Below are positions 9,015-18,160 of a stretch of DNA of 64,000 nucleotides, one piece after another (within the stretch, counting starts at the first letter, position 1; each line of letters starts with the position of its first letter). This stretch comes from an uncultured Opitutaceae bacterium (GTDB taxonomy: Bacteria > Verrucomicrobiota > Verrucomicrobiia > Opitutales > UBA2995). Position numbers and translations under genes: made by a program. The notes under the pieces were generated by a model, which was not told the DNA's origin, searched no databases, and saw only the letters and a program-made list of their open reading frames with translations. The stretch spans positions 78 through 64,077 of the forward strand of contig CAYGQM010000019.1 in assembly GCA_964352065.1 (NCBI GenBank), given 5' to 3'.

Positions 9015-10175
9015 TCAAATGGTAGATAAAAAATCGCGATAATGACTAGATGAACTTACACCATCCTTCAAATATTTTCGAACCCTACTCTCCAAATTTC
9101 GACGAATACCAGTATTTCTCAATATGGCGCTAACCTTTTCTCCAAATTCTTGATAATCCCTAGCACATTGGTCAGAGTATTTATCAAAATATTCAATGCC
9201 ATCACTGGAATCCTTACTGATAATAACCGGCTTACAATACGACAACGCCTCAATCGCTTTTATCTTGAGGCCGGTCCCTAAAACTACTGGCACAATGGCA
9301 ACTGAGGCTCTAGCATAATAAGGCTCTAACGTTTCCACTCGACCCGTAATTTCAATGTCCGCTCTTTCCTTATATTCCTCAAGGGATTCACCTACTTTTC
9401 CCACAATAACAAGCCTTGCAGACGGACAATCTGAAATGACCCGAATCCACGATTCCTCAATAAAGCGTTTGATCCCTAGCTCATTCGGCATGTACTTATT
9501 ACCCACAAAAATTACATTGTTTTCGAGCTTTACACGATTGTAATCCTTTCGTTCCGGGACGAAAGGGAGGTATATCAATTTACTTGTTTCAAAATATTTG
9601 GAGAGGATGTATAGCTCCTCCCTGTTTATACAGATAATCTTGTCAGCTAATTTGTATTTCCTTATCTCAAATCCTTTGTTACAATCGTAGCCTTCAACTC
9701 TTTCCCCTGAAGACTTGAACTGTCTAGCCCTCATGAACTGCAAGTCATGAGTATCTATAATTTTGACAATGTTCTCAGGAACGCCCTTAAAAAGATCTGT
9801 CGTCCAAAGATAATTGGTAAGCAAATGAGAATACTGCTTGCTCTGCATGAGAGACCGTCCGGCATCAATTACATTGGAGCAATAGTTCCTATAATAAATA
9901 GATTTATCCCGCAATTCCGGCAATCTTTCCCGCATCTTTTTTTCTTTTGTTGTAATAGAACACTCGTGCTCAACCTCATCGATAAATGTAATTTTGCATT
10001 CGCGACCAATCAGGTCCAATAACCTGTTCCTACTTACCCGTACAGTCAAAAGTTCCAATCGCCATCCTTCATCCAAAAGAAAACGCAAAATCTGCAGACT
10101 CCTTACAACTCCTCCACCCGCCACGGGAAACATTTGGTGGGGATAAACAAATAATAATTTTCCTACTTTTTCCAT
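9015..10175 (-). CDS. GT-B glycosyltransferase (GT4/Glycos_transf_1-like)
   Basis: 'VAIVPVVLGTGLKIKAIEALSYCKPVIIS' C-terminal GT1/GT4 sugar-donor motif. N-terminal 'LLFVYPHQMFPVAGGGVVRS'. Confidence 0.75.
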   Translation of the reverse strand: MEKVGKLLFVYPHQMFPVAGGGVVRSLQILRFLLDEGWRLELLTVRVSRNRLLDLIGRECKITFIDEVEHECSITTKEKKMRERLPELRDKSIYYRNYCSNVIDAGRSLMQSKQYSHLLTNYLWTTDLFKGVPENIVKIIDTHDLQFMRARQFKSSGERVEGYDCNKGFEIRKYKLADKIICINREELYILSKYFETSKLIYLPFVPERKDYNRVKLENNVIFVGNKYMPNELGIKRFIEESWIRVISDCPSARLVIVGKVGESLEEYKERADIEITGRVETLEPYYARASVAIVPVVLGTGLKIKAIEALSYCKPVIISKDSSDGIEYFDKYSDQCARDYQEFGEKVSAILRNTGIRRNLESRVRKYLKDGVSSSSHYRDFLSTI

Positions 10176-12916
10176 TTCATCAAATTCTTCAAGGGACCAA
10201 ATTTCTCAGTTATTGCTCTGTAACCCAACCAGATCAAGGCTAAGCCAGAATAGACAGCATATTCCTTCCATCTGTACAAATGATCTCCCTGAAAGCTAAA
10301 TACCATAAGAAGCAAAGGGAAAATGAACAAGCGATACCGCTGCCTACCAAACAAGGAAATGTCACCTTTATGCCGGTAAATATTGTAAATCGTGAGTTGC
10401 GTAATCAACTGACTTAATAACAAAGGAAAACCGATTGGGTTGAGCGAGAATAAACTCACATACCCGAAACTCTTCAGAGAATGTAAAATCGGGAAAAGGT
10501 ATTTTCGCCTGATCGCACTCAAGCTATTGAACAATCGGAAGGAGACCAAAACGGAAAGTAACACACCGATCCAACTGAGACCTGCGGCTACGTTCCAGAA
10601 TCCGCCGATATACAAACCGATACATGCGGAAACTCCACTAAAAATATATGCTCTCGGAGAAAATGGATAATTCAAAAACTGCCTGGCTTCTCTGCTGATC
10701 CTGGGATTTTTCTCTTTCGCTTCTGTTTTGAAATCATTCCAAAAATATCCAATTTCGTAAATGGACATCAGAGAAAGAAACAAGAAGCTGATTGCTCCGA
10801 ATAATCTCCAGTCAAGAGAATAAGCCAGTAGCAACAGCAAGTAATCTTCGCCAAACAACTGGCGAATGACAAAGTTTCTTCCTGGATATTTGGCTTCCGC
10901 ATAATATCGAAAAGGGAAGTAGAAGTTCTTAAAGGCCTTGAATTTCTCATCTCCCCACTCAAGCAGGAAACTGCGCTTACTGACCTCTAACAATTGCCTG
11001 TCACTAATGGAATCCGTAATAAAAATGCATTCCACTAAATCGAGATTCGGCATCCTTTCTTGAAGAGCTTTCACTTTGCCTTGTACACAAACCGATTTTC
11101 TATCCTGTAGAAATTTTCCCGCAACCAACTCAGCAGCAGGTATGATCCATTTGAGAAGAGGATTTATGACAAAGCTGAATCCATTCGACACAACAAAAAC
11201 ACGACCTTTTGCCTTTTCAAGATAGTCCGTGAGAACCGGATTAGCAAACTGCATGGCGGTCCGCTTGGCCATAAAGCTCCAAGTTAATAAGTTCCATGGA
11301 GTTAGGATCGCAACGAGGTGAACCCTAATGTAATCCCGCCATTTCTCAGACTTCAACCCAGACTTTTTGCAAATATAATCCCCAAATCTAGTCAGAAAGA
11401 ATACAATGCTTTTCGGCCAAGATTTTTCGAGAAACCATTCTGTCGAATTATTAAGGAACAAAGTGTGATCGAAATCAACGAGTATCAAATCGTTCTCTCC
11501 GGCACTTTCAAGTTCATCCCGAAGCAAAAGGTGATTCCTACTGAAGGACCTTATTCCCTTACCATAGTCTGGTTGATGATCTTCTTCGTATTGTCCTTTG
11601 AATTTTTTTAACAATTCAGGCGAAACGATATTTGCTCGTAGCTTTTGGTAATCTTTAAAACGAAAAGGAGCTTCCTTAGCCGAACCAATTCGATCAATTA
11701 TAAACTGAGCTCCATGAACAGGCTTTCGGAAGCAATCCGTGGAATTTTCCAAACTAATGAGGTAACGGGTTAGCAGAAAACCGAGGAATATATTAAGGTT
11801 CCTCAATCTTTCTTCCGGAGCATTAAACGCTTCTACCTCTTCCAGGACCTTATCAATTTCAGACTCCTGTTTCGCTTCGAAAACAATTTCCTTATTAGAT
11901 ATGATGTCATTCGCCATATTGATGACGGGCTTACCACGGGACAGAGCATAAAATTGAAGCCCACTTCCAGTTGTGGCGATAATGTCCGCCCAATCGACTA
12001 GTTCTCTATAATCGACATTCAGCACGAAGAACTGAATTTCTGGAATAGATATCAAGTCCCAATTTTCAAAAGAGGGATGGGGCTTGAAAATGGTAATGCC
12101 CACAAAGCGAGTTGCCAAAGCCTTGGCAGCTTCATAGCTATTTTTAAAACCCGGCAAATGCTTTTCCCTGTCTCTTCCATCAAATGGAATAAATCCGAGG
12201 CTTAAATCATCGGGAGGAAAAAAAACCATTTTCTTACACGAAATACCGAGCTTCAAAATTGTACTAGCCTCATCATCGAGGGGATTTTGACGATACTTGG
12301 GAATCTCATTCCTGTTCCAGGAATTTAAGTAATTTCTGCCCACTATTTCAAATCCGTGGTATTCCCAGGGTTTTACAAGTTCCTTCAGCCTCTTGCTCGA
12401 TAATACGGAGTGACCGATCAGACCCCCTTCTTCCAAAAACCAGGTCTTGGGGAAATTACCGCGTTCAAGAAGCAAACATTTGATACCAATTTTGCGAGCA
12501 ATCTCTCCAGCTATGCCGGCATGAGGACAGAGCGTGTTCCAGATTAGAAAAACATCTGGCTTTACCTCACTTAAAATCTTGTAGCCGAAAGAAACGAGAA
12601 ACTTGTAGAGTTCCTCGACAGTAAATTCAGACAAATCCTGCTTGGCTAGTAATTGAATTCTCGCAATCCACTTGTTAGGATCCTCGATGAATTTCTGCCC
12701 CAACTTAAAGTCATCTTCATCAAATTTCAAATGAGTTTTCCAATTGGCAATGTTCCAATCGAGTGGGACATAGTACTTCGAGAACCCCCTGTGATAAGGA
12801 CCGGACCAGAAAATAATATTGAATCCAAAAGTTTCTAGAGAATCAATGAGAGACCTAAAAAAAGTCAGATCATCTTCTTTAAGTGGCGCCAAATTGGAAA
12901 TAAGCACTCTTCCCAT
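10163..12916 (-). CDS. Three-domain fusion: Capsule_synth (KpsC/KpsS-like) domain + HAD-IB phosphatase-like domain + polytopic membrane domain
   Basis: N-terminal part: 'LLLERGNFPKTWFLEEGG', 'MVFFPPDDLSLGF', 'IFKPHPSF', 'IIATTGSGLQFYALSRGKPVI'. Middle part: HAD motifs 'LVDFDHTLF' (DxDxT) and 'ITDSISD'. The last ~230 aa are hydrophobic spans. Confidence 0.55.
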   Translation of the reverse strand: MGRVLISNLAPLKEDDLTFFRSLIDSLETFGFNIIFWSGPYHRGFSKYYVPLDWNIANWKTHLKFDEDDFKLGQKFIEDPNKWIARIQLLAKQDLSEFTVEELYKFLVSFGYKILSEVKPDVFLIWNTLCPHAGIAGEIARKIGIKCLLLERGNFPKTWFLEEGGLIGHSVLSSKRLKELVKPWEYHGFEIVGRNYLNSWNRNEIPKYRQNPLDDEASTILKLGISCKKMVFFPPDDLSLGFIPFDGRDREKHLPGFKNSYEAAKALATRFVGITIFKPHPSFENWDLISIPEIQFFVLNVDYRELVDWADIIATTGSGLQFYALSRGKPVINMANDIISNKEIVFEAKQESEIDKVLEEVEAFNAPEERLRNLNIFLGFLLTRYLISLENSTDCFRKPVHGAQFIIDRIGSAKEAPFRFKDYQKLRANIVSPELLKKFKGQYEEDHQPDYGKGIRSFSRNHLLLRDELESAGENDLILVDFDHTLFLNNSTEWFLEKSWPKSIVFFLTRFGDYICKKSGLKSEKWRDYIRVHLVAILTPWNLLTWSFMAKRTAMQFANPVLTDYLEKAKGRVFVVSNGFSFVINPLLKWIIPAAELVAGKFLQDRKSVCVQGKVKALQERMPNLDLVECIFITDSISDRQLLEVSKRSFLLEWGDEKFKAFKNFYFPFRYYAEAKYPGRNFVIRQLFGEDYLLLLLAYSLDWRLFGAISFLFLSLMSIYEIGYFWNDFKTEAKEKNPRISREARQFLNYPFSPRAYIFSGVSACIGLYIGGFWNVAAGLSWIGVLLSVLVSFRLFNSLSAIRRKYLFPILHSLKSFGYVSLFSLNPIGFPLLLSQLITQLTIYNIYRHKGDISLFGRQRYRLFIFPLLLMVFSFQGDHLYRWKEYAVYSGLALIWLGYRAITEKFGPLKNLMKWKK

Positions 12917-15900
12917 TATTTTCTTCCTGATTTATGCGCGAAAAGACTTACAGTTTTTCGCTGAGTCAATCTACCCAATGGTTTTTGCCGTGTCAGCATA
13001 TTTTCCCAGAATGTATCCTTGAACCGGATATTAAAGCCATTTCGAATTAGCAATTCACAGATACTGGAAAACCTCTCATAACTATGATCATCATCAAGGT
13101 GTATTTCGACGTACATATTTCGAACGAGATGTAGCTTTGTTTCAATTTCCTCAATCACATCATACTCGGCTCCTTCAATATCCATTTTTAGCATATCGAT
13201 TGTTTTCGTAATATAGCTGGATAATCTTTCGACCTGCACTTTTCCTTTTACAAACCTAGAGCGATCCTCCTTACCCTCATTCAGCCGACCAGCCATAGAA
13301 TCTTCGGAACTGGAGTAGAACTGCATTTCTCCGGTCTCACGACCAAGCGCAACTTCATGCATTTTAACATTTTTCCACTCATTCTTTGCCACATTGCTTT
13401 TTAATGTCTTAAAGTTAAGTTTGTTCGGTTCGAATGCGAAAATCTTGGACCGTGGAAACTTAGTTTTAAAATAGCATATCGAGAAACCAACATGAGAACC
13501 GCAATCAATGATAGTGGGAATTTTCTTCCTGGTTTTAAACCAATAGTCTTCCTCAATGAATATTTCATGAATCAGAGTCCAAAGAGAGTTCTTATCAATA
13601 AACTTCAATTTACAGGAACAAATAGTGACCCAGTCCCCATCTCGAATGAGGTCAAGAAACACGTGTTTTTCATCCCGCTGCTTCTGATGCAGGCGCAAAA
13701 GCTCAACCACGTCTTTCTTCTCCAATAATTCAACCCAGTTAAACACCTCACTAGTTTTATGAACCAATTCGTTGAGATTGTAACTTTTGTTTAGGACTGA
13801 ATAATCCCTTTTAGAATCCAGAATATTGAATAGGTTAAAATTCCTTTCCAAAAGCTTCCCAATATAACCTACATCGCCCCGCAGGTGGTTTACAAAATCT
13901 GCTCTGGCGAGAATGGCGTCTCTAACCCGTTTGCTTGCTACAATCCTTTCAAGAGAGATCGGTTCATTGATCGATTTCTCTACAAGCCCGTCGAACCCAA
14001 GATAAAGGTCTCGATAGTCAGGATTATCGCTGCTTACAAACTTGAAGTACCTATCTAAAAACGGCTTGGATTTTGCTAACTCACGAGCTACAGCCTCGCT
14101 ACCACTAAGATTAGAAATGAAGTGATTGTTTGCAACCAAACTCCGCAAGACATTTACTTGGTCGGTGAACAATCCAAATAGCACATTATCCGAAGCGATC
14201 CATTGAAAGAACTCCGCGTAAGCCTCGTGGTTTGCTTCAATTGAGACATCAAAAAAGCAACCAATCCAACTGCCGTCGTCGAAGGTAATTAGATTTTCCT
14301 TAAGAATCTCTTGAAAGTAAAAATGTAAGATCTCCTTTCTTCCGAAGATAGATTGTAAAAATACCCTAATGGATGAGGTTGTCCTCATATCACCAAGAAT
14401 CCATGTCACAAATTCCGAACTCCCTAGAATGCAATCCTTAACTCGTATACTTTGGGCTATTCTATTTAGTGAATTTGTTTCATTGATAGACTTTTCAACA
14501 AGTCCATCATTACCCAAAAAAAGGTCTCTGCATTCAGATTCATCGCTACTAATGAACCTGAAGTATTTGTCTAAAAAGGGCTTTGATTTTGCTAACTCAC
14601 GAGCAACAACATCACTGCCGCTTAATGTTTTCAAAAATTTTTTATTGGAAACTGCACTCCTGATAAAACTAGCCTGACCAACGAGCAATTCACACAGTCC
14701 TACATCCGAAGCAACTTTGCGAATAAAAACCTCATTGCCTTTGACATTTCCGTTTCTCTCTGGATTGACGAAATAATAGATGCCAGTGTCATCATCAAAG
14801 GCTTCAAAGTTTGTTTTCAGCACTTCATTAAAATAAAATCGCAAGACTTCAGTATTTCCGAAAATTGCACGCAATAAATCTTTATTGGATACAATTTCCT
14901 TAAATATTTGCTTAGACCTAAGAATGCGTATCAGAAGATTCCTCCGTTGAATCAGAGAATTCAGCTCTTCATCTGCAACCAGATAAGTATTCCAAAACTC
15001 TCTAGTATTAACAAGAGATTTAACATGAATGGAACTGCATGAAAGAAGCTCGAGAACCGAAGAGTTATTATAGAAGTCAAAAAAACCCGCGGAAAATAAA
15101 AACCCTTTATCTATTTTTCTAGATTCAAGAAGTTGTTCCAGAAATTTCTCCTTAGAAAACAGTCTCGAAAGAGCTTTCTCATTACTTGATAAAGCCTGAA
15201 CAAATTCCTTCGATGTTACAATATCCCAAAAGACGGAATGATCCAACAGTTCTTGATGATAATCTGCATTTCTCATCAATGCATCTGTGAATTCCTTGTC
15301 CCTGATCACCAAATCGTAAAACGCAGTATTTTCAATCAACAATGTTCGTATAGAACTGGATTTAATTACTGCGTTTACAACCAAAGGCTTAAATAGTCCA
15401 AACTCTAGTAATTCGTTAAGCCAATCTTCATCACTAAATAGAAGATCGAGCAACTCCTTACTTTGTAATGCAAGTTGCCTTAAACCACAGTTATTGATCC
15501 CAAAATTTATTTTTGTTACGCCGGAATTGATCAGTGCATTTATTTTTTGAATGGCCAAATTATCTCTCAGAAGTCGGTCCACATAATCAGATTTTTCGAC
15601 AGAAATTTGAAGTGCAAGTTTCTGCTTTAGGACGTGGAGTATTACGCCTTCATTCCGCCCAATTTCCTGTAGGAATCGTTTGTTCAAGAACAACTTCTCT
15701 AACCACGAATCTTCGTTTACCAGCATTCGCATGACAGAAGCGTCATTCAATAACTTCCGCTGAAAACCAGCATACTTCAAGTATTCCGAATAATAATATC
15801 TCTTAGTTGAAACAATATCGATTATTTGTTTTCGGCTTTGTTCGTAAGAGATCAATTTAGAAAGAAATTCCTTCGAAATGGAGGCTTGCTCAATAACCCG

Positions 15901-16440
15901 CATACTTTGAAGCATATGGGCAGTCAAACTTTCTGAGTTTTGTGCAAATGCTATGAATTCCGGTGATCGCAGAAGCTTATTCTGCCAAACATCGAATTGG
16001 AGCAATTCTCTAATCAAGGATTCACTATAGGAGGCTCTTTCAAGAAACCACTTCCCTTCCATAAAAGTCTTAAAGACAGATTCGTTCGACAAAACGCTTC
16101 TAAAGAACTCCTTTCTTGAGCCAAACTCTTCGGGTAGAGCCGGATCCCGACTCATCCGATTCCACCATTCATCATCCCAAAGAACAACTTTTTCAAAAAC
16201 AGGACTATTTAATAAAAACCCTTGGAATAAAAGGTTATCCACAACTTTACCTTGAAACTCCAAGTCCTCAGCAAAATGGTAAACGAATTCCGTATTGCCC
16301 GTTACGGTCGATAAGACAACAGACTCGCTGCCAGAAATTTCCTTATCAATACAGGCAGAGGTGAACGCTTTTACCAATTTTCTGCCTGGCTCAAATCGAT
16401 AAAGATTCTTAACTAAAAGCCTTAGCGCAGTTTTGAACAT
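12916..16440 (-). CDS. FkbM-family methyltransferase with a ~900-aa N-terminal helical-repeat region
   Basis: C-terminal 'IIDCGSHVGFSICYFKTKFPRSKIFAFEPNKLNFKTLKSNV' is the FkbM motif. The N-terminus is a long run of degenerate helix-like repeats plus a 172-aa tandem duplication. The stop shares 1 nt with the next start (TAATG). Confidence 0.75.
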   Translation of the reverse strand: MFKTALRLLVKNLYRFEPGRKLVKAFTSACIDKEISGSESVVLSTVTGNTEFVYHFAEDLEFQGKVVDNLLFQGFLLNSPVFEKVVLWDDEWWNRMSRDPALPEEFGSRKEFFRSVLSNESVFKTFMEGKWFLERASYSESLIRELLQFDVWQNKLLRSPEFIAFAQNSESLTAHMLQSMRVIEQASISKEFLSKLISYEQSRKQIIDIVSTKRYYYSEYLKYAGFQRKLLNDASVMRMLVNEDSWLEKLFLNKRFLQEIGRNEGVILHVLKQKLALQISVEKSDYVDRLLRDNLAIQKINALINSGVTKINFGINNCGLRQLALQSKELLDLLFSDEDWLNELLEFGLFKPLVVNAVIKSSSIRTLLIENTAFYDLVIRDKEFTDALMRNADYHQELLDHSVFWDIVTSKEFVQALSSNEKALSRLFSKEKFLEQLLESRKIDKGFLFSAGFFDFYNNSSVLELLSCSSIHVKSLVNTREFWNTYLVADEELNSLIQRRNLLIRILRSKQIFKEIVSNKDLLRAIFGNTEVLRFYFNEVLKTNFEAFDDDTGIYYFVNPERNGNVKGNEVFIRKVASDVGLCELLVGQASFIRSAVSNKKFLKTLSGSDVVARELAKSKPFLDKYFRFISSDESECRDLFLGNDGLVEKSINETNSLNRIAQSIRVKDCILGSSEFVTWILGDMRTTSSIRVFLQSIFGRKEILHFYFQEILKENLITFDDGSWIGCFFDVSIEANHEAYAEFFQWIASDNVLFGLFTDQVNVLRSLVANNHFISNLSGSEAVARELAKSKPFLDRYFKFVSSDNPDYRDLYLGFDGLVEKSINEPISLERIVASKRVRDAILARADFVNHLRGDVGYIGKLLERNFNLFNILDSKRDYSVLNKSYNLNELVHKTSEVFNWVELLEKKDVVELLRLHQKQRDEKHVFLDLIRDGDWVTICSCKLKFIDKNSLWTLIHEIFIEEDYWFKTRKKIPTIIDCGSHVGFSICYFKTKFPRSKIFAFEPNKLNFKTLKSNVAKNEWKNVKMHEVALGRETGEMQFYSSSEDSMAGRLNEGKEDRSRFVKGKVQVERLSSYITKTIDMLKMDIEGAEYDVIEEIETKLHLVRNMYVEIHLDDDHSYERFSSICELLIRNGFNIRFKDTFWENMLTRQKPLGRLTQRKTVSLFAHKSGRK
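13873..14877 (-). repeat. Diverged tandem duplication (2 x 172 aa, period 516 nt) inside the FkbM gene
   Basis: 'ARELAKSKPFLDKYFRFISSDESECRDLFLGNDGLVEKSINE' and 'ARELAKSKPFLDRYFKFVSSDNPDYRDLYLGFDGLVEKSINE'. The DNA word GCTAACTCACGAGC occurs at 14075 and 14591. Confidence 0.9.
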
Positions 16441-16463
16441 GATTCGCAGAAGGATGGTAATAT

Positions 16464-17144
16464 CTAAAAGAATACACCCTTATCAGGGTATATCGACATT
16501 AGCGCTTGTGCGATGATTAAATCTTCCTCCGTTTTTATTACGTGGCCCGCAAGGCTATTGACTGCGTAAAAGCCAACCTTTCCAGAATAGGTAGCGCAGT
16601 TACCTGAATTGAAAGCAGAAAGAAACGGTTCTGATTTCCATCCAGTAATACTCCAACAAATTCTTTGAATGGGATCCAATTCCTGAGAGTTTGTTTTTTC
16701 GTCAAAAGTGAAATTTATCGGGCACCCATTCATTGCACATTCAATAAGAATTTCAGTACAGCTCATTAGAGCGTCATATTCAGAGTTGACCATATATTGA
16801 ACAAAACCCCTAACCTCATCCACGGTTAACAGCGGAGCAATACTGTGAACCTGAAAAATATAATCACAACTCACATGCTTTAAAAAATCGGATGTATATT
16901 GTTCACTCGTGGATTGGTTATCTCCAAGAGCTTCCGGTCTTAAGTAAAAGTTCACTCCCTCATGATCTGCAATGTCCTGGAATTCAATAGCCTCGGAATT
17001 AACCCAAATTTCTTCAAATACACCTGATTTCTTACACTTCCTGATAGCACGGCTAATCAAGGAAATCCCATCTATTTCCCGCAGATTCTTTTTTTTCAAC
17101 CTCTGACTTCCCATCCGAGCAGGAATCATTGCAATTGTCTTCAT
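16464..17144 (-). CDS. CMP-sugar synthetase (acylneuraminate/ulosonate cytidylyltransferase family, CTP_transf_3)
   Basis: 'MKTIAMIPARMGSQRLKKKNLREIDGISLI' is the N-terminal signature of NeuA/KdsB/PseF-type cytidylyltransferases. ATGA overlap with the upstream gene. Confidence 0.8.
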   Translation of the reverse strand: MKTIAMIPARMGSQRLKKKNLREIDGISLISRAIRKCKKSGVFEEIWVNSEAIEFQDIADHEGVNFYLRPEALGDNQSTSEQYTSDFLKHVSCDYIFQVHSIAPLLTVDEVRGFVQYMVNSEYDALMSCTEILIECAMNGCPINFTFDEKTNSQELDPIQRICWSITGWKSEPFLSAFNSGNCATYSGKVGFYAVNSLAGHVIKTEEDLIIAQALMSIYPDKGVFF

Positions 17145-18157
17145 AATTTTGCGTTCCCGTAAATTTTGTTAATAGTGTTCATGACATGTAAAGCATCCTG
17201 AGAATTGCCTGAATATTCTGAATGAATTTCATTCAAAATTGAGTTAACAAAATCTTCTACCTCTAATCTCCAAGAATCATCCCGGTCAAAATAGATCATC
17301 TGTTCCTGTGGTTTTCCAAATGCCGAAGCAGAATCTTCAAATTGTTTTTTTGCAAAAACCAACTTCTCTTCTCCGTAACTTCTGGTAGACGAAAGAATCC
17401 CTTCAAGATTGATATACCCATCTTCCAAACAGATTTCCAAAGAGAAATGATGTTTCCAGTGAGTTGCCGAAGAGTGAAGCATAGCAACTTGGCCTTTGGC
17501 GGTTTCCAAAAGAGCAAATGCATTATCTTCGTGAGGTATTTTCCAGAAACAGGTTTTTACAGTACTCTTGACAGATTCAAAATCTCCACAGAAATAGCGC
17601 ATCAAATCAAGCATATGGATCCCTTGGTCCAATAATATACCACCTCCGGCAAGATGGGATTGATTGCGCCAGGAATTCTCAAACATGATGCCACCGCATT
17701 TACCATAAACACCACGCATCCAAAGAATATCTCCAAATTCCTTTGAATCAATCATCTGCTTGGCTTCCATTACTGAATAATGGTAACGGTGGTTGAAACC
17801 GTATTTAAGCTTCAATCCAGGATGTGCCCGTTCGGCTTCCATAACCCTCTCAACATCCTCAACACAGGTGCCTGGTGGTTTTTCACAAAAAACATGCAAA
17901 CCACGATTCAGAGAATCTATCACAATCTGAGGGGCGACATTGTTGAAACAACAAACGAATACAACATCCAGATCTTGCTTGAGAACCTCTTGATAGTCAG
18001 CAGAAACAAAGCACTCAGTATACCCGGCTAGCTTCTCAACGTTTTGGTCGCAGATGGCTTTCAGTTCCAACAGAGGATGTTCATCAATGCATTGCATCCG
18101 GATTTGACCCATTTTACCAAATCCTATGACTCCTGCTTTAAGTATTTTACTACTCAT
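17141..18157 (-). CDS. Gfo/Idh/MocA-family NAD(P)-dependent oxidoreductase
   Basis: 'LKAGVIGFGKMGQIRMQ' Rossmann N-terminus and 'VFCEKPP' (EKP motif typical of this family). Confidence 0.85.
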   Translation of the reverse strand: MSSKILKAGVIGFGKMGQIRMQCIDEHPLLELKAICDQNVEKLAGYTECFVSADYQEVLKQDLDVVFVCCFNNVAPQIVIDSLNRGLHVFCEKPPGTCVEDVERVMEAERAHPGLKLKYGFNHRYHYSVMEAKQMIDSKEFGDILWMRGVYGKCGGIMFENSWRNQSHLAGGGILLDQGIHMLDLMRYFCGDFESVKSTVKTCFWKIPHEDNAFALLETAKGQVAMLHSSATHWKHHFSLEICLEDGYINLEGILSSTRSYGEEKLVFAKKQFEDSASAFGKPQEQMIYFDRDDSWRLEVEDFVNSILNEIHSEYSGNSQDALHVMNTINKIYGNAKL

Positions 18158-18160
18158 AGA

